Of a stretch of 64,000 bases of DNA, positions 37,765 through 49,506 are shown piece after piece (the stretch's first letter is position 1; each line of letters starts with the position of its first letter). Below the pieces are notes generated by a model. It was given only the letters and a program-made list of their open reading frames with translations, was not told the DNA's origin and searched no databases. The stretch is taken from assembly GCF_018350175.1 (NCBI RefSeq), contig NC_058368.1, forward strand, positions 198,650,001-198,714,000, written 5' to 3'. Source of the stretch: Felis catus (lineage: Eukaryota). Made by a program: the position numbers and the translations under genes.

Positions 37765-39814
37765 AAACTATTTTAACTTGGCAGTGAAAAAGAACAGGAA
37801 GACTGAGCAGAGACAATTTTGTTAGTTTCAAAACAGTGGGGATCTTCACAGATCTTGTACCCCTGTTAAATTTGAGGGTAAAATAACACTTGGCTCAGGA
37901 AATGTTCCCTTAAAGAATCGTAAACTTTCTAGGACATGCCTAATGTTTCTGGGACAATGTTGTGATTTAAGAGATTAAGACCCCGAAACCTATCAATTAT
38001 GCTTCCCCTGGGTGGATGTAGAAACAAAGAACTGACAAAGGAGTGCTGTGTCGATAATCCATTTGACCTATTTTGAATACCACATGAGTTGCATACAATG
38101 TTATGAAGAAGGGCCTCATCATAGAATTAACAGAATAGTCATTAACAGATTTTAGAAACCCAGACCCTCTTTTCTTTTGTGGTCGGGACCCAGGAGGCTT
38201 TTAGAACTTGGCGGAGGCTGCGGAGGCTGCGAAATAGCCATCCATATAGCAGCATCAGTATTAAAGCCCAGACCACAGTGCTTTGTTCTTTTGTCAAGAG
38301 ACAAAGGTGACAAATACACCCTGCATCCTTTAACTGACTTTAAAATGTAAGATTTTGTTTATTCAAAGTTTCTTGGCTCATTTAGTCTCAAGAAGTGCGG
38401 AGATTTTTTTTTTTTTTTTTTTTCATTTAGTCGGACTTCTGCTCAATTCAAAAAGGCAAGAAAGGTATCTGTTTCCTTGACCACAATCTATTCTGGAGAC
38501 TTAACTTATTGTAAGATTCAGTGGCTCCTAGTTATGTGTCTTAAGTTACTGGTTTCCTCTGAATATCATCAAACATGTTTAAAGATTTCTTCGAGACCTT
38601 ATTTGAGGGAAGCTGAGTAATGGGATGGAACACTGTCTTCAAGTGATATTTATAAAGATGGTGGGAGGAAAGATAGAAGTTAATGAAACAACCTCAGACA
38701 TAATTATAGCTAGGCAGAAGGAAATTCCTCTACTCCTGAATTCAACCTGGTTTCATATGGAAAATTGATTTGGGATCATTATTAGTGTGTGTTCTTGATT
38801 CATTTTAGAAATGGAGTGCTTTGAAAAGTTAATCCTGAGATTAAATGCATGTACTGAAATTTCATTTTTTTGTTTTAAAATTTAAAATTTATAAAATACT
38901 GAAACTGCCATAGTGCTATCATTTTTAATACTGACGATTAACCTTGTGATTTTTTATTGGCTGCCTTTTTCTTTGTTTAATTGTGTGGAATTAAGGAAAT
39001 CATTAATGGGGGGAAATGATGTGGAGGATGGTGCTGGACGGGGGCAGATAGTGCCCACCTTGAACTCCCGTGTCCAGAGCCTGGCAGGAGGGTTTTGGAT
39101 CAAATTGCGTTTCTGATTTAAAAGCCCATTACTCTGTAACAGGAAGTGATGGTATTGCTGCCAGTGTAGATTATTTCTTAGCCTGACCTTTATTGTGTTT
39201 GATTTTTGTGATTATACCTCTTTTTTAAACTTTTGGGTGTAGGCTAGAGAGAATTCCTTCCCATGTTGTAGGGAGTGGTATTAAAACACGTGGATTTTGT
39301 TCAGTACTTCTGTTTCACACTTCCTTACAGATAAAGACCCATTCGGTGTGGATGTGATGGTGTTGAGTTTGGGTATGCCTTGCTGTAATGATATTTGACG
39401 GAAAAAACTTCGTACAAATTCACAAAACTACTCATGACACAGGTCCGTGAAGGACATTGGTGTCACTTTTTAAGCAGACCAGTTTTGTTTCCCAGTGTGA
39501 ACAGTACAGGCAGGTGGGTAAGTGTTTTCCTTTTGTAAATTGGATATGAATGGCATCTGGAGTTGTTTCCTTTTAAGGATCCTATTTTAGGGAGTTATTA
39601 TGGAAGGATAAACTTGTATTGCTGAAAGGAACTTTTAGACAGTTTAGTCGTGTTGTCATTTGGGGGGAACTGAGGCCTGGAGAGGGAGGGTGACCTGTCC
39701 AAGATCTAAGAGGGAGAGAATTGCACCTAACTTCTTGGATATCTGCTTTTTCGGCCACTACTTACATTCCACACCACACTTGTCTGTCCTCATTTTGGGT
39801 CTGTTTAGTTTTTG

Positions 39815-40125
39815 GCTTTCATGTCAAAACAAGTGGCCCAAAGTCCTCTAAGATATTTTGCTTGACCCAAGTACTGTTCACAACTTCTTAGAATTTGTCA
39901 CCAGCATTTAAGAGGTTTTCACACAAAACTTCAGCTTTCCAGCTTCTTTGGAAAAATGAGAGTACTGGGAGGTTGGGTAAGGTTAGGTCCCCATGCATGA
40001 GTGACTGCTGCCCCCTTTGGCTGGGACTGGTATCTTGAGGTTCCTCACTTGGTCATCAGTCGCCACTTTGTGCCCCTCATTGTCTTGTACGAATGACTGC
40101 AGGCATTTGAATTTGAAACCTCCCC
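39815..40125 (+). mobile_element. MER102-like hAT-Charlie element
   Basis: tttcacacaaaacttcagctttccagcttctttggaaaaat, ctgccccctttg, ggcatttgaatttgaaacc. Confidence 0.6.
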
Positions 40126-40324
40126 TGGTCTGATGAGATGTAGTTCCAGGTTATGTCTTCCCTTCCATGGTTTCTAATGTGAATTGTGTCCCCTTAGACA
40201 TTTTATGGCTGTATATAGAGGGATTCTTCTTTTGTAGATCTCTCTGTTGCCCTAATGGCCCACCTACTCGACTTCCCGAGCCTGGAGCGTAGTACATGAT
40301 CAATAAATACTTAAAACCGTAGAA

Positions 40325-40540
40325 CAAAGGACCTCAATTGTTTCTGTAATAAGTCAGGTAGTAAATACTTTAGTTTTTGCAGGCTACCTGGTCTCTGCTG
40401 AAATCAGTCAACCATGCTGTTGTGTTATGACAGCAGCCTGAGACAAAAACCAAAAAAATGGACATGACTTCTAGTCCAATAATACTTTATAAAAACAGCA
40501 GACCAGATCTGACCTGTAGGCTGTAGTTTAGTGACATATG
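40325..40540 (+). mobile_element. MER58A-like hAT MITE
   Basis: tttctgtaa..caggtagtaaatactttag..tttgcaggc..tggtctctg..gcagcc..gaca..tccaataa..ctttat..aaaaacag..ccagatctg. Confidence 0.7.
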
Positions 40541-40896
40541 CCATGGAATTTTAGTGTTCTAAGAAAACTTTAAGTTACCACGTATTTTTGTATCTGTACT
40601 GCATGCTTCTTGTTAAGCCTTTACAATATCCCTCGTTTTTATGAATCTCCATTGCTGCCTACACTAGCAAGAATCTATTTACAACACAGTCCCTCTGCTA
40701 GTGAGGAGAATAAAGAAGGATGGATAATTTCAGCTTCTCAGCTTAAATACATATTTGTATTTATATAAATAGCAAGCTTTTGTATTTGCCTGAATTACTT
40801 TAGACTGTTAAATTCCCAACAGTGTAAATCTAGATTTAACAGCATATTTTCGGACACTACCAGGACAATTTAATGATACTAATGGTTTTAATACAC

Positions 40897-41096
40897 TTTT
40901 TTAATGTTTATTTTTGAGAGAGAGAGAGAGAGCGCGCACACACGCCAGAGAGAGAGGAGGGAGACACAGAATCTGAAGCGGGCTCCAGGCTCTGAGCTGT
41001 CAGCCCGGAGCCCGATGCGGGGCTCAAACCCATGAACTGTGAGATGATGACCTAAGCCAAAGTGGGATGCTTAACCGACTGAGTCACCCAGGGCCC
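40897..41096 (-). mobile_element. Can-SINE
   Basis: gggagacacagaatctgaagcgggctccaggctctgagctgtcagc...ttaaccgactgagtcacccagggccc. Confidence 0.92.
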
Positions 41097-41454
41097 TCAT
41101 GATCCTAGTGACTTTAAAGAAGGGAGTTTGCCTGTCATGTCCAGTGGCCTGCCACCTGCTTTTTGAAACCTTGCTGAACCTATCCCTGAGCAGGTAATAT
41201 TCCACCATTGTTAATGCTTGACCTGTTCTTTAAAATGATTAAATGATTAAAGCTACCTGTGCAGCTATGTTTGCAAGAGGCTAGTTTTGATACTGTGAGG
41301 AGTACTCCAATTTTTAACTTCATAAGACTGTGTACACCTAGAGATATGGACCCAGAGCTTCATTGATGTAAACATTGTACTGAAAAGATACGGGTGACTT
41401 TTCCCCTATTGGGAGGATCACACTCTTAACTTTATTGGAGAGCCCTGAGGAGAA

Positions 41455-41960
41455 TGTCTCAGTTCCAATTCTTGGTTTCAAACTGGTCTAAGAAACAAGT
41501 AACTGTAGCTTCAGGCATTGCTGGGTTCAGAGGCACAGGGAGAGTCATTAGAGGTGACGTGCTTACCTCCCTTTTCAGCTCTGCTTTCCTGTGTGTTGGC
41601 CCCATCGTTGGTCAGGACATCCCCTCCTGGTGGCAAGAGGCTACTAGAAGCTCTGTATCTGCATTCTGGCCTTTACACACTTCCTTCCAAGATAAGACTT
41701 GTTCCTGATAGGACAAAAGTCCTGTGCTAAAGTCTCATTTCCTCTGATTGATCTGGCTTAGGTTGCATTCGTCCATGAACCAGATTCTATGCCCACAAGG
41801 TATGAAGCTGTGATTGGCCAGGTTGGCTTTTGTGCCCATCTCTAGAACTGAAGATGGCCTCACCTTTGCCCAGACCATATGGACTTAGTGGGGAAGTGGT
41901 GTTGTGCATGATGAATCAAGGTGTAATTGCTGGGAGTTTAGAAGTTCTTTTTCGATGCAG
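41455..41960 (-). mobile_element. MaLR LTR (MLT1K-like)
   Basis: gcttcaggcattgctggg, tcagctctgctttcctgtgtgttggc, tgaaccag, tgattggccagg..tgtgcccatc. Confidence 0.6.
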
Positions 41961-42116
41961 GATTGCAAAAAATTTCCCCTGCATATTCCTGAAATACTTA
42001 TTACTACTATTGTTAATATTGTTTTACCATTTAGCCCTTTATCTGGATTTACCATGTAGTTTAGCATTCGATAATGTTATTTCCCCAGTTAAATTGTATG
42101 TTCCTTCAGATCAACT

Positions 42117-42255
42117 GGAAAAAAGAACCAACCTGTGATTTAAGTATAATTATCTTCATTCTATACATGAAGAAATAAAGCCAAAGCTCTTACCTTTAGA
42201 AAGAGTATCTAGATATCTCAAGTGGTTCATTTCTTTATGATTCTGAATAATGTAG
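42117..42255 (+). repeat. 139-bp direct duplicate of 45344-45480
   Basis: Manual alignment shows 6 substitutions and one 2-bp indel; flanked by gatcaact at 42109-42116 and 42256-42263. Confidence 0.95.
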
Positions 42256-43688
42256 GATCAACTTTTTAAAATCCTCCTCTGCCTGCGATTCTAATATACA
42301 GTAGGGGTTCAGTAAATACTTAAACTCAGAGAATTTGAGAATTGGAAGGAATCTGTTGTTCCCCTGACCAATACTATTTCTAATCTAACAGCCTTATTTT
42401 ATAGAGAAGGAAGCCAAATCTTCGAAAGACCACTTGACTTGCTCAGGGACTAGTACTCAATATTTCAGGGGTTGGGACTCAAACCCAGTTTTGAGTTTTT
42501 GTGACAAAACTAAAGCCTGGTTCATGAATGGATTGATGAAAGGACCAAATAATGCATTTCTTTTCTAAGGTCAAAGATGCCTTTGGTAACAAACCAATAA
42601 AAATAAAAACTCCTCTAATTGTTTGCTAAGTTTGGATTTCTAGAGACCAATTTTTTATCATGGACTGAAACTCCACAAATCAGTGGGTCAAAGGATGCGT
42701 ATCGTTTCTAAGACGCAAAAGCCAGATGAGTTGAGTACAGTTGTCTAAGCATGACCCAAGGAGGACGTGTGCAGATGGAGAAGCAAGGGAGGATTCAAGA
42801 AATGCCCAAAAGTAGAAAGGGGTGGGAATTGGAGGCTGTGTTCTTAGGATGGTTTAGGGGATGTTTTCTCTGACTGATGGCTGATGGAGCACTCTGTCCT
42901 CATGTGGTAGTGGAGTCATGAGGAGAAAGGCACACACCTTTCTCTGGCCCTGCTGCTGTACTGTGAAACCTTGGGGGGCTTGAAGTGGGGGCATGGTGAC
43001 ATGGCCCACCCCTCCACACATCTGCAGGGACAGCAGCTCAGTTAGTTGGGTGTCCTGAACACATCTGTTTGGCAGTGTCCTTGAGGACAAGGCATATACC
43101 ATAGGTGGCGGCACAGATAGAGGGAAGGGGGCCCAGTTGTCGTGAAAAAGAAGTCCTCCTGATGTGGACCCGGAGCCTGAACTTTTTCTTGGGAGATCTT
43201 ATTTCCTTTGTCGATGGATAGCAGGACTGATGGAACAACAGACATGAGAGGGGAATGGAAATTTATCTTTGGGGAACATCTACTGGCTCTGGGCCTGTGG
43301 GTTTCAGGAAATGGTGAACATCCAGCAACAAATAGGAAATAGTTCAAGATCATAGTTGAGATAATTTGGTTTCCACTTTCAGAGTACATGGGCTGTATAA
43401 AAAGTTATAGGAAAGAGCACAAGGTCCAGACTAATGGAAGAGTCTATCTAGTGCTAGGAGGGGTGTCCAAGGCTCAAAGACACAGGCAGGAAACAGATGG
43501 TTCTGTTCTAAGCCCTGGGTTGCAAAAAGTTGTGTGTGTATGTGTCTATGTGTACATGCATGCTTTTATGTTGGGATGAGGTCAAGTTGAATGGTTAATG
43601 TAGTCTACTGAAGAAGACAGCAAATTATATGATATAATTATCTTACCATTTATTGAGAGATTATTATTTGAGAAGCATACTAAAAATG

Positions 43689-44530
43689 ATGTGTCTGTTG
43701 ACATTCAATATGCCATCTTTACCAAAAAAAAAAAAGGTCTATTCAGGTTCTCTGCCCATTTTTAATTGAATTTTTTTTTTTTTTTTGGTGTTGAGTTGAA
43801 GCTCCTTACATATTTTAAATATTAACTCCTTAACAAAAATATCATTTGCAAATACTTCTCTCATTCAGTAGGTTACCTTTTTGTTGATTTCCTTCATTGT
43901 GCAAAGCTTTTTATTTGGGAGTAGTCTCAATAGTTTTTGTTTCCCTCAACAATGGAGACCTATGTAGAAAAAAGTTTCTATAGCCAATGTCAAAGAAACT
44001 ACTGCCTGTATTCTTCTAGCTTTATGGTGTCAGGTCTCACTTTTAGGTCTTTAATCCACTTTGATTATGGATTTTATTTTGGAGTTTATTTTTGATTATG
44101 GTATAACAAAGTGGCCCATTGTCATTCTTTTTTGCATATAGCTGTCCAGCTTTCCCAGCACCGTTTATTAAATATACTGTCTTTTCCCATTACACATTCT
44201 TGCCTCTTTTGTTGTAGATTAATTGACCATATAAGTGTGGGTTCATTTCTGGGTGCTCTGTTCTGTTCCATTGATCTATGTGTCTGTTTTTGTTTTTGTT
44301 TTTTTACTAGTAACATCCTGATTTGATTACTGCAATTTTGTAGTATATCTCAAAATCTGGGATTGTGCTACCTACCGCTTTGTTCTGTTTTCTCAAGATT
44401 GCTTTGGCTATTCCTGGTCTTTTGTGGTTCCTTAAAATGTTAGTGTTGTAGTTCTATGCAAAATGTTAATATTTTGATGGGGGTTCCATTAAATCTGTAG
44501 ATCGCTTTGAGTAGTATGGACATTTTTAGT
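43689..44530 (-). mobile_element. L1 ORF2 segment, inverted 5' part of a 5'-inverted L1
   Basis: Antisense L1 ORF2 (tctgcccatttttaattg, gctgtccagctttcccagcaccgtttatt, gctttggctattc). Confidence 0.9.
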
Positions 44531-44909
44531 GATGTTCAGCATTACTAATCATCAGGGAAATCAAAATCAAAACCACAGTGAAATATCACTTCATACCAGT
44601 CAGAATGGCTAAAATCAAAATAATAGGAAATGAGGGTGTGAAGAAAAAAGAACCCTTGTGCCCTGTTGGTGGGAATGCAGATTGGTACAGGCACTGTGGG
44701 AAAACAGTACAGAGGTGCCTCAAAAAATTAAAAGAATTACCGTATGATGTAGTAATTCCACTACTGGGTATTTACCTGAAGAAAATGAACATACTAATTT
44801 GAAACTATCTGTATACTCCATGTTTATCACAGCATTATGTACAATAGCCGAGATCTGGAAGCAACCCAAGTAACCATCAGTACGTGAATAAAGATGTTGA
44901 GCACACACG

Positions 44910-44940
<31 letters not shown>

Positions 44941-45281
44941 AGGAATATTACTCTGCAATAAAAAATAATGCCATCTTGTCATTTGTAACATGGATGGACA
45001 CTCAGAGGTATAAGGCTAGCTGAAATAAGTTAGGACAAATAACATAGATTTTAGTATGTGGAACTTAAAACAAATGAACAACAAAAAAAAACCGACTCTT
45101 GAAAAGAGAAGAAACTAGTTGCTGGGGATGGGCAAGTGGGAGTGGGGGGAGGGGTGAAACTGATAAAGGAAATCAAGAATACCCTTGATGAGCACTGAGT
45201 AATGTATAGAATTGTTGAATCTTTATATTGTACACCTGAAACACTGCTAATGATATGTCAAAATCAAAAAAAACAAAAAAA
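44531..45281 (+). mobile_element. L1 (carnivore/L1MA-type) ORF2 end and 3'UTR, sense part
   Basis: actaatcatcagggaaatcaaaatcaaaaccac...gttggtgggaatgcagattggtac...tattgtacacctgaaac then A-rich tail; contains a (CG)n(CA)n tract at about 44902-44941. Confidence 0.9.
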
Positions 45282-45577
45282 CAACTGAAACACATAGAGC
45301 TGATTAGAAGGTGAGGAATTAAAAAATAAACAATGTGATCTTGGGAAAAAAGAACCAACCTGTGATTTAAGTATAATTATCTTCATTCTATACATGAAGA
45401 AATAGAGCCAAAGCTCTTAGCTTTAGAAAGAATATCTAAATATCTAGAGTGGTTCATTTCTTTGATTCTGAATAATGTAGGGTCTTTTTATTAGCAGGGT
45501 CTTATTAATACAACCGTTGAATGAATTATATTTAGATTGCCAGACATGGTTGTACTTTTGCAGATTTACTTAAAACA

Positions 45578-46387
45578 ATTTTTTTATTGAAATCAACATG
45601 CAGTGTTACATTGGTTTCACATGTACAACATAGTGATTCGACAGTTGTCTACTCAGTGCTCACCATGATAAGTGTAGTTACCATACAACATTATTATATT
45701 ATTGATTATATTCCCTATGCAATAGTCTTTATCTCCATGACTTATTTTATGACTGGAATTTTGTACCTTTTAATCTCTTTTATCAACTTCACCCATCCCC
45801 CCACTGCCTCTCCTCTGGCAAGCACAAGTTTGTTCTCTGTATTTAAGAGTGTGTTTTTGTTTGTTCATCATATTTTTTAGACTCCACATAGAAGTGAAAT
45901 CATGATATTGGTCTTTCTCTGACTTATTTCACTTAGCATAATACCCTCTAGGTCTGGCCATGTTGTTGCACATGGCAAGATCACATTATTTCTTATGGCT
46001 GAATAATGCTTGATTATACATTTGATCACTTTTTTTTTTTTTATTTATCTGTGGGTGGACACTTGGGTCCCTTCCATATCTTGGCTATTGCAAATGCTGT
46101 AGTAAACATAGGGGAGCATATATCTTTCTGAATTAGTGTGTCTGGTTTTGGGGGGCAAATACCCAGTGGTGAAATTGCTGATCATAATGGTATTTGTATG
46201 TTTAATTTTTTATGGAACCTCCAAACTGTTTTCCACAGTGGCTGCACCAATTTACATTCTCCCCAACAGTGCACCAGGATTCCTTTTCCTCTACGTCCTT
46301 GCCAACACGTGTTACTTCTTGTCTTTTTGGTTCTAGCCATTCTGATTAGTGTGAGGTGATCTCATCGTGGTTTTGATTTGTATTTCT
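45578..46387 (-). mobile_element. L1 3' end (carnivore-type), 5'-truncated
   Basis: gtacaacatagtgattcgaca, gacttatttcacttagcataatac, ttccacagtggctgcaccaatttacattc. Confidence 0.9.
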
Positions 46388-46707
46388 TACAGGCTTATTT
46401 TTAATAGAATAATTAAAGATTGGGACTTTTGAGTATCATTGACAGTATTAAGTATCACTAGTAATTTAGAAGTTTGAAGACTCTGTTCATATGGCTGTGT
46501 ATTTATTATCAGATTACTGATGGGACTGGGTGGTTTCTAATTAGTATTGCTGACCCAAAAGGAAGGCTTGTTCCAAAAGACCAGCATCTAGCTGTTTACC
46601 TTGGTAATTCTTAATTGTGCTGTTAAAAGCATTCAGTTTTCCACCAGAGAAGAATACTTCAGGAGAAACACTCTAACTTCCTAGGAGATCTTTAAAATGC
46701 TACCTCA

Positions 46708-46931
46708 GGGGCGCCTGGGTGGCGCAGTCGGTTAAGCGTCCGACTTCAGCCAGGTCACGATCTCGCGGTCCATGAGTTCGAGCCCCGCGTCGGGCTCTGG
46801 GCTGATGGCTCAGAGCCTGGAGCCTGTTTCCGATTCTGTGTCTCACTCTCTCTCTGACCCTTCCCCGTTCATGCTCTGTCTCTCTCTGTCCCAAAAATAA
46901 AATAAAAAACGTTGAAAAAAAAAAAAGATTT
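46708..46931 (+). mobile_element. Young felid SINE (SINEC_Fc)
   Basis: Near-consensus copy; TSD aaaatgctacc(t/c)ca at a TT/AAAA site. Confidence 0.97.
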
Positions 46932-47834
46932 AAAATGCTACCCCAGATAGCCTACAGTGGAGGAAGAAGACTGTAAAAGCTTTCTGAATCTGTAAGAAGT
47001 CAATAAAATATTAGATGACTACAAACAACATTGCAGAAATGGATTTCAGATATGTGGGTAAAATAAGGAATGTGCCTTAAAAAAAAAAGGGTACCTAAAA
47101 GCTGGCATTTATAAATGTGGGGTTTTAAGAATGGTAACTAATAATTGATGAAATTTTAAATATTAAAAGAATGAGAGAATGAATTTCAGTAATGTTGCTT
47201 TGAACTACAGGGTGAAGTCCTCAGTGAAAAATCTTAAAATTCTAACAATTCTAGGGGAACCAAAGGTTCCTTATTAACATTCTTTTTTTAGAAATACATA
47301 TTGCAAGAGAAGGATAGAGATTTTAAAAACATTTTGAAGAAACACAGAATGGTTGAGTAATGGAAAAAAAAAAAAAGAAAAATCAAGGGGAGAGACTAGG
47401 AAGGTAGGAGCTGGGCTATATTCAAAGGAATACACAGAATGGCCACAGTATAGAAGCCGGAAAGCCAACCCTAAGGGAAGCAGAGCTCACTGTGATGAAA
47501 GGCAATGGGCAGTTTTTCACTCTGACTCCAAAGAGCACGGCATTTCCCTGTCTCCTATGCTAACATCAAAACACATCGGATTTTTAAGTTCCTCTTCTGT
47601 TCTCCTTCCCTTCTTTCCTTGAAAACGTCAGATGTTACATAAGCTATGAAGGTCTTACTTGTGTATACTACACATGCCTAGATTCCAGCCCAGGTGGATC
47701 TGAGTCAGTGATTTTGGGGCAGGCAGGATCCAGAGATTTGCTATTCTTAAACATTGCCCATGGTCGGGAACCATGGAGTTCACTGTAATGATCTCTCAAC
47801 TCAGTACCGTATCTAACTAGAACTTGGAGAGGAT

Positions 47835-48050
47835 TTCTCTTCTCTTCTCTTCTCTTCTCTTCTCTTCTCTTCTCTTCTCTTCTCTTCTCTTCTCTTCTCT
47901 TCTCTTCTCTTCTCTTCTCTTCTCTTCTCTTCTCCCTTTTCTGTTCTCTTTTCTGTTCTCTTTTCTGTTCTCTTTTCTGTTCTCTTCTCTGTTCTCTTCT
48001 CTGTTCTCTTCTCTTTTCTCTTCTCTTCCCTCTCCTCCCCTTTCCCCTCT
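47835..48050. repeat. Compound microsatellite (TTCTC)20 + (TT[T/C]TCTGTTCTC)6
   Basis: 20 perfect pentamers at 47835-47934, then six 12-mers at 47937-48008. Confidence 0.97.
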
Positions 48051-49444
48051 CCCCACATTTTCCCCAGAGGGCTGTATACCCCGTTCTCTTACTAAGGAAG
48101 AAGAAGGAAATATATGCAGCAGAACCCCTCCCTGACAGTCTCAGCTAGAGGGACACACTCCCTGTGCCCCAGAGAAACCAAGGACTGTGAGAACTTTTTT
48201 TCTTAAGTGACTGTTTACCATGGAAGTCGTATAACCACATGTATCACCTTAGCTATACTCACCTTTGGGGTAGAAGAGCGAATTTTTCACCTGATACATA
48301 CCAGTATTTAACTGTAGAAGGAATATTTGAACTACAGTTTGTACATGCCTTTTTCAAATCATAAAGATCAAGGTCTTAGATGATAGAGTGAGTTAATTCT
48401 GGATTATAGGAAATTCTACAAAGACCTGGAGTTGAGTTCTGATTCAGCCATGTACTAACGTCATCTTGGAAGAATCACTGATGGCCTATTCTCCTGTCTA
48501 TAAAAGCACCCCAGTATTTTACGCAGGATTGTTGCTATGGATTGGAGTAACTGTTGCATTTTTAAGTGAAACTTTATCGTTTGCCAGACATAAACATCAG
48601 GGCCAAAACCTTTGGACAGTTACAGTCAATCTTGAGTCAAGTGTCCTTATCTCTAAGAATGCTTTTCTGGCTCATGAAATGTGTTGATTGCAGTATTCCT
48701 TATTACAGTAACAGGATCTGTTTCAGTTGAGGTTGATTTGGAAAACACTTGCCATGTAACCTTTACTCAAGGTTTTTTCTTGTTTTTTGAAGTGACGGTC
48801 TATGAAGTTGGCTTAATGTCAAGGTCATCTTCTTGAGTCAGAACTGCTGAAGAATAGGAATTTTAAGATTACTGTAGAGATAACTACTTATTCTAGTGGC
48901 CCATGTTCCTGAAAGATATTCTTTGGTGGAGTAACAGGGGAAGAATTGGGGCATCCTTTGTGTCTCAAGTTCATAGTTTTCTGACTTGTATTGTAGGCTG
49001 CTTTCATAAGTCAGGAAGGGGACACTTAATGTCCATTTCCTTAATGTTCTAACAGTCTCAGGATTCTTTGTTTTTGTTCTTGTTGTTTGTTTTAAGACCA
49101 GGTTTGGGGTAATATTTCAGGCTTGGAATTGGGAACTGGCTGTGCTGGGCCCTGGGAAAATGGACATGTGCGGTGCTTTCAGGGCAGAAAGGCTCCCCCG
49201 AATCTGAGCTTTATTCTTAGCCAAAAAATTGAGTGACCATGATGCTCCCTCTTCTTGGATTCCTATTTTGGTTTTCCACTTGGTTAAACTTAGGGGTGAG
49301 GTGGCCATATCGACAGAAGGGGTGCCAGGGAGTGAGTAAGGTAGAAAGAATGCCTAGATGCTTTCCTTTCATCCTTCAAATGTTCTCCCACACCTTTAGG
49401 AATCTGAAGATGCTATTACTATCTTTATGTCCTCTAGTGCTCTT

Positions 49445-49448
49445 GTGT

Positions 49449-49493
<45 letters not shown>

Positions 49494-49506
49494 TGCGCGC
49501 GCGCGT
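49445..49506. repeat. (GT)n(GC)n alternating purine-pyrimidine tract
   Basis: Read directly: gtgtgt...gtgcgcgtgcgcgcgcgcgt. Confidence 0.95.

Noticed and set aside
38211..38231. Short tandem duplications (gcggaggct x2; also 31063-31082 and about 54381-54413)
   Set aside because: Ordinary slippage-scale duplications with no evidence of function.
47813..48135. Repetitive ORFs (EKRREEKRR / FSSLL) and regular-array appearance
   Set aside because: Translations of a microsatellite; there are no unique spacers, so it is not CRISPR-like.
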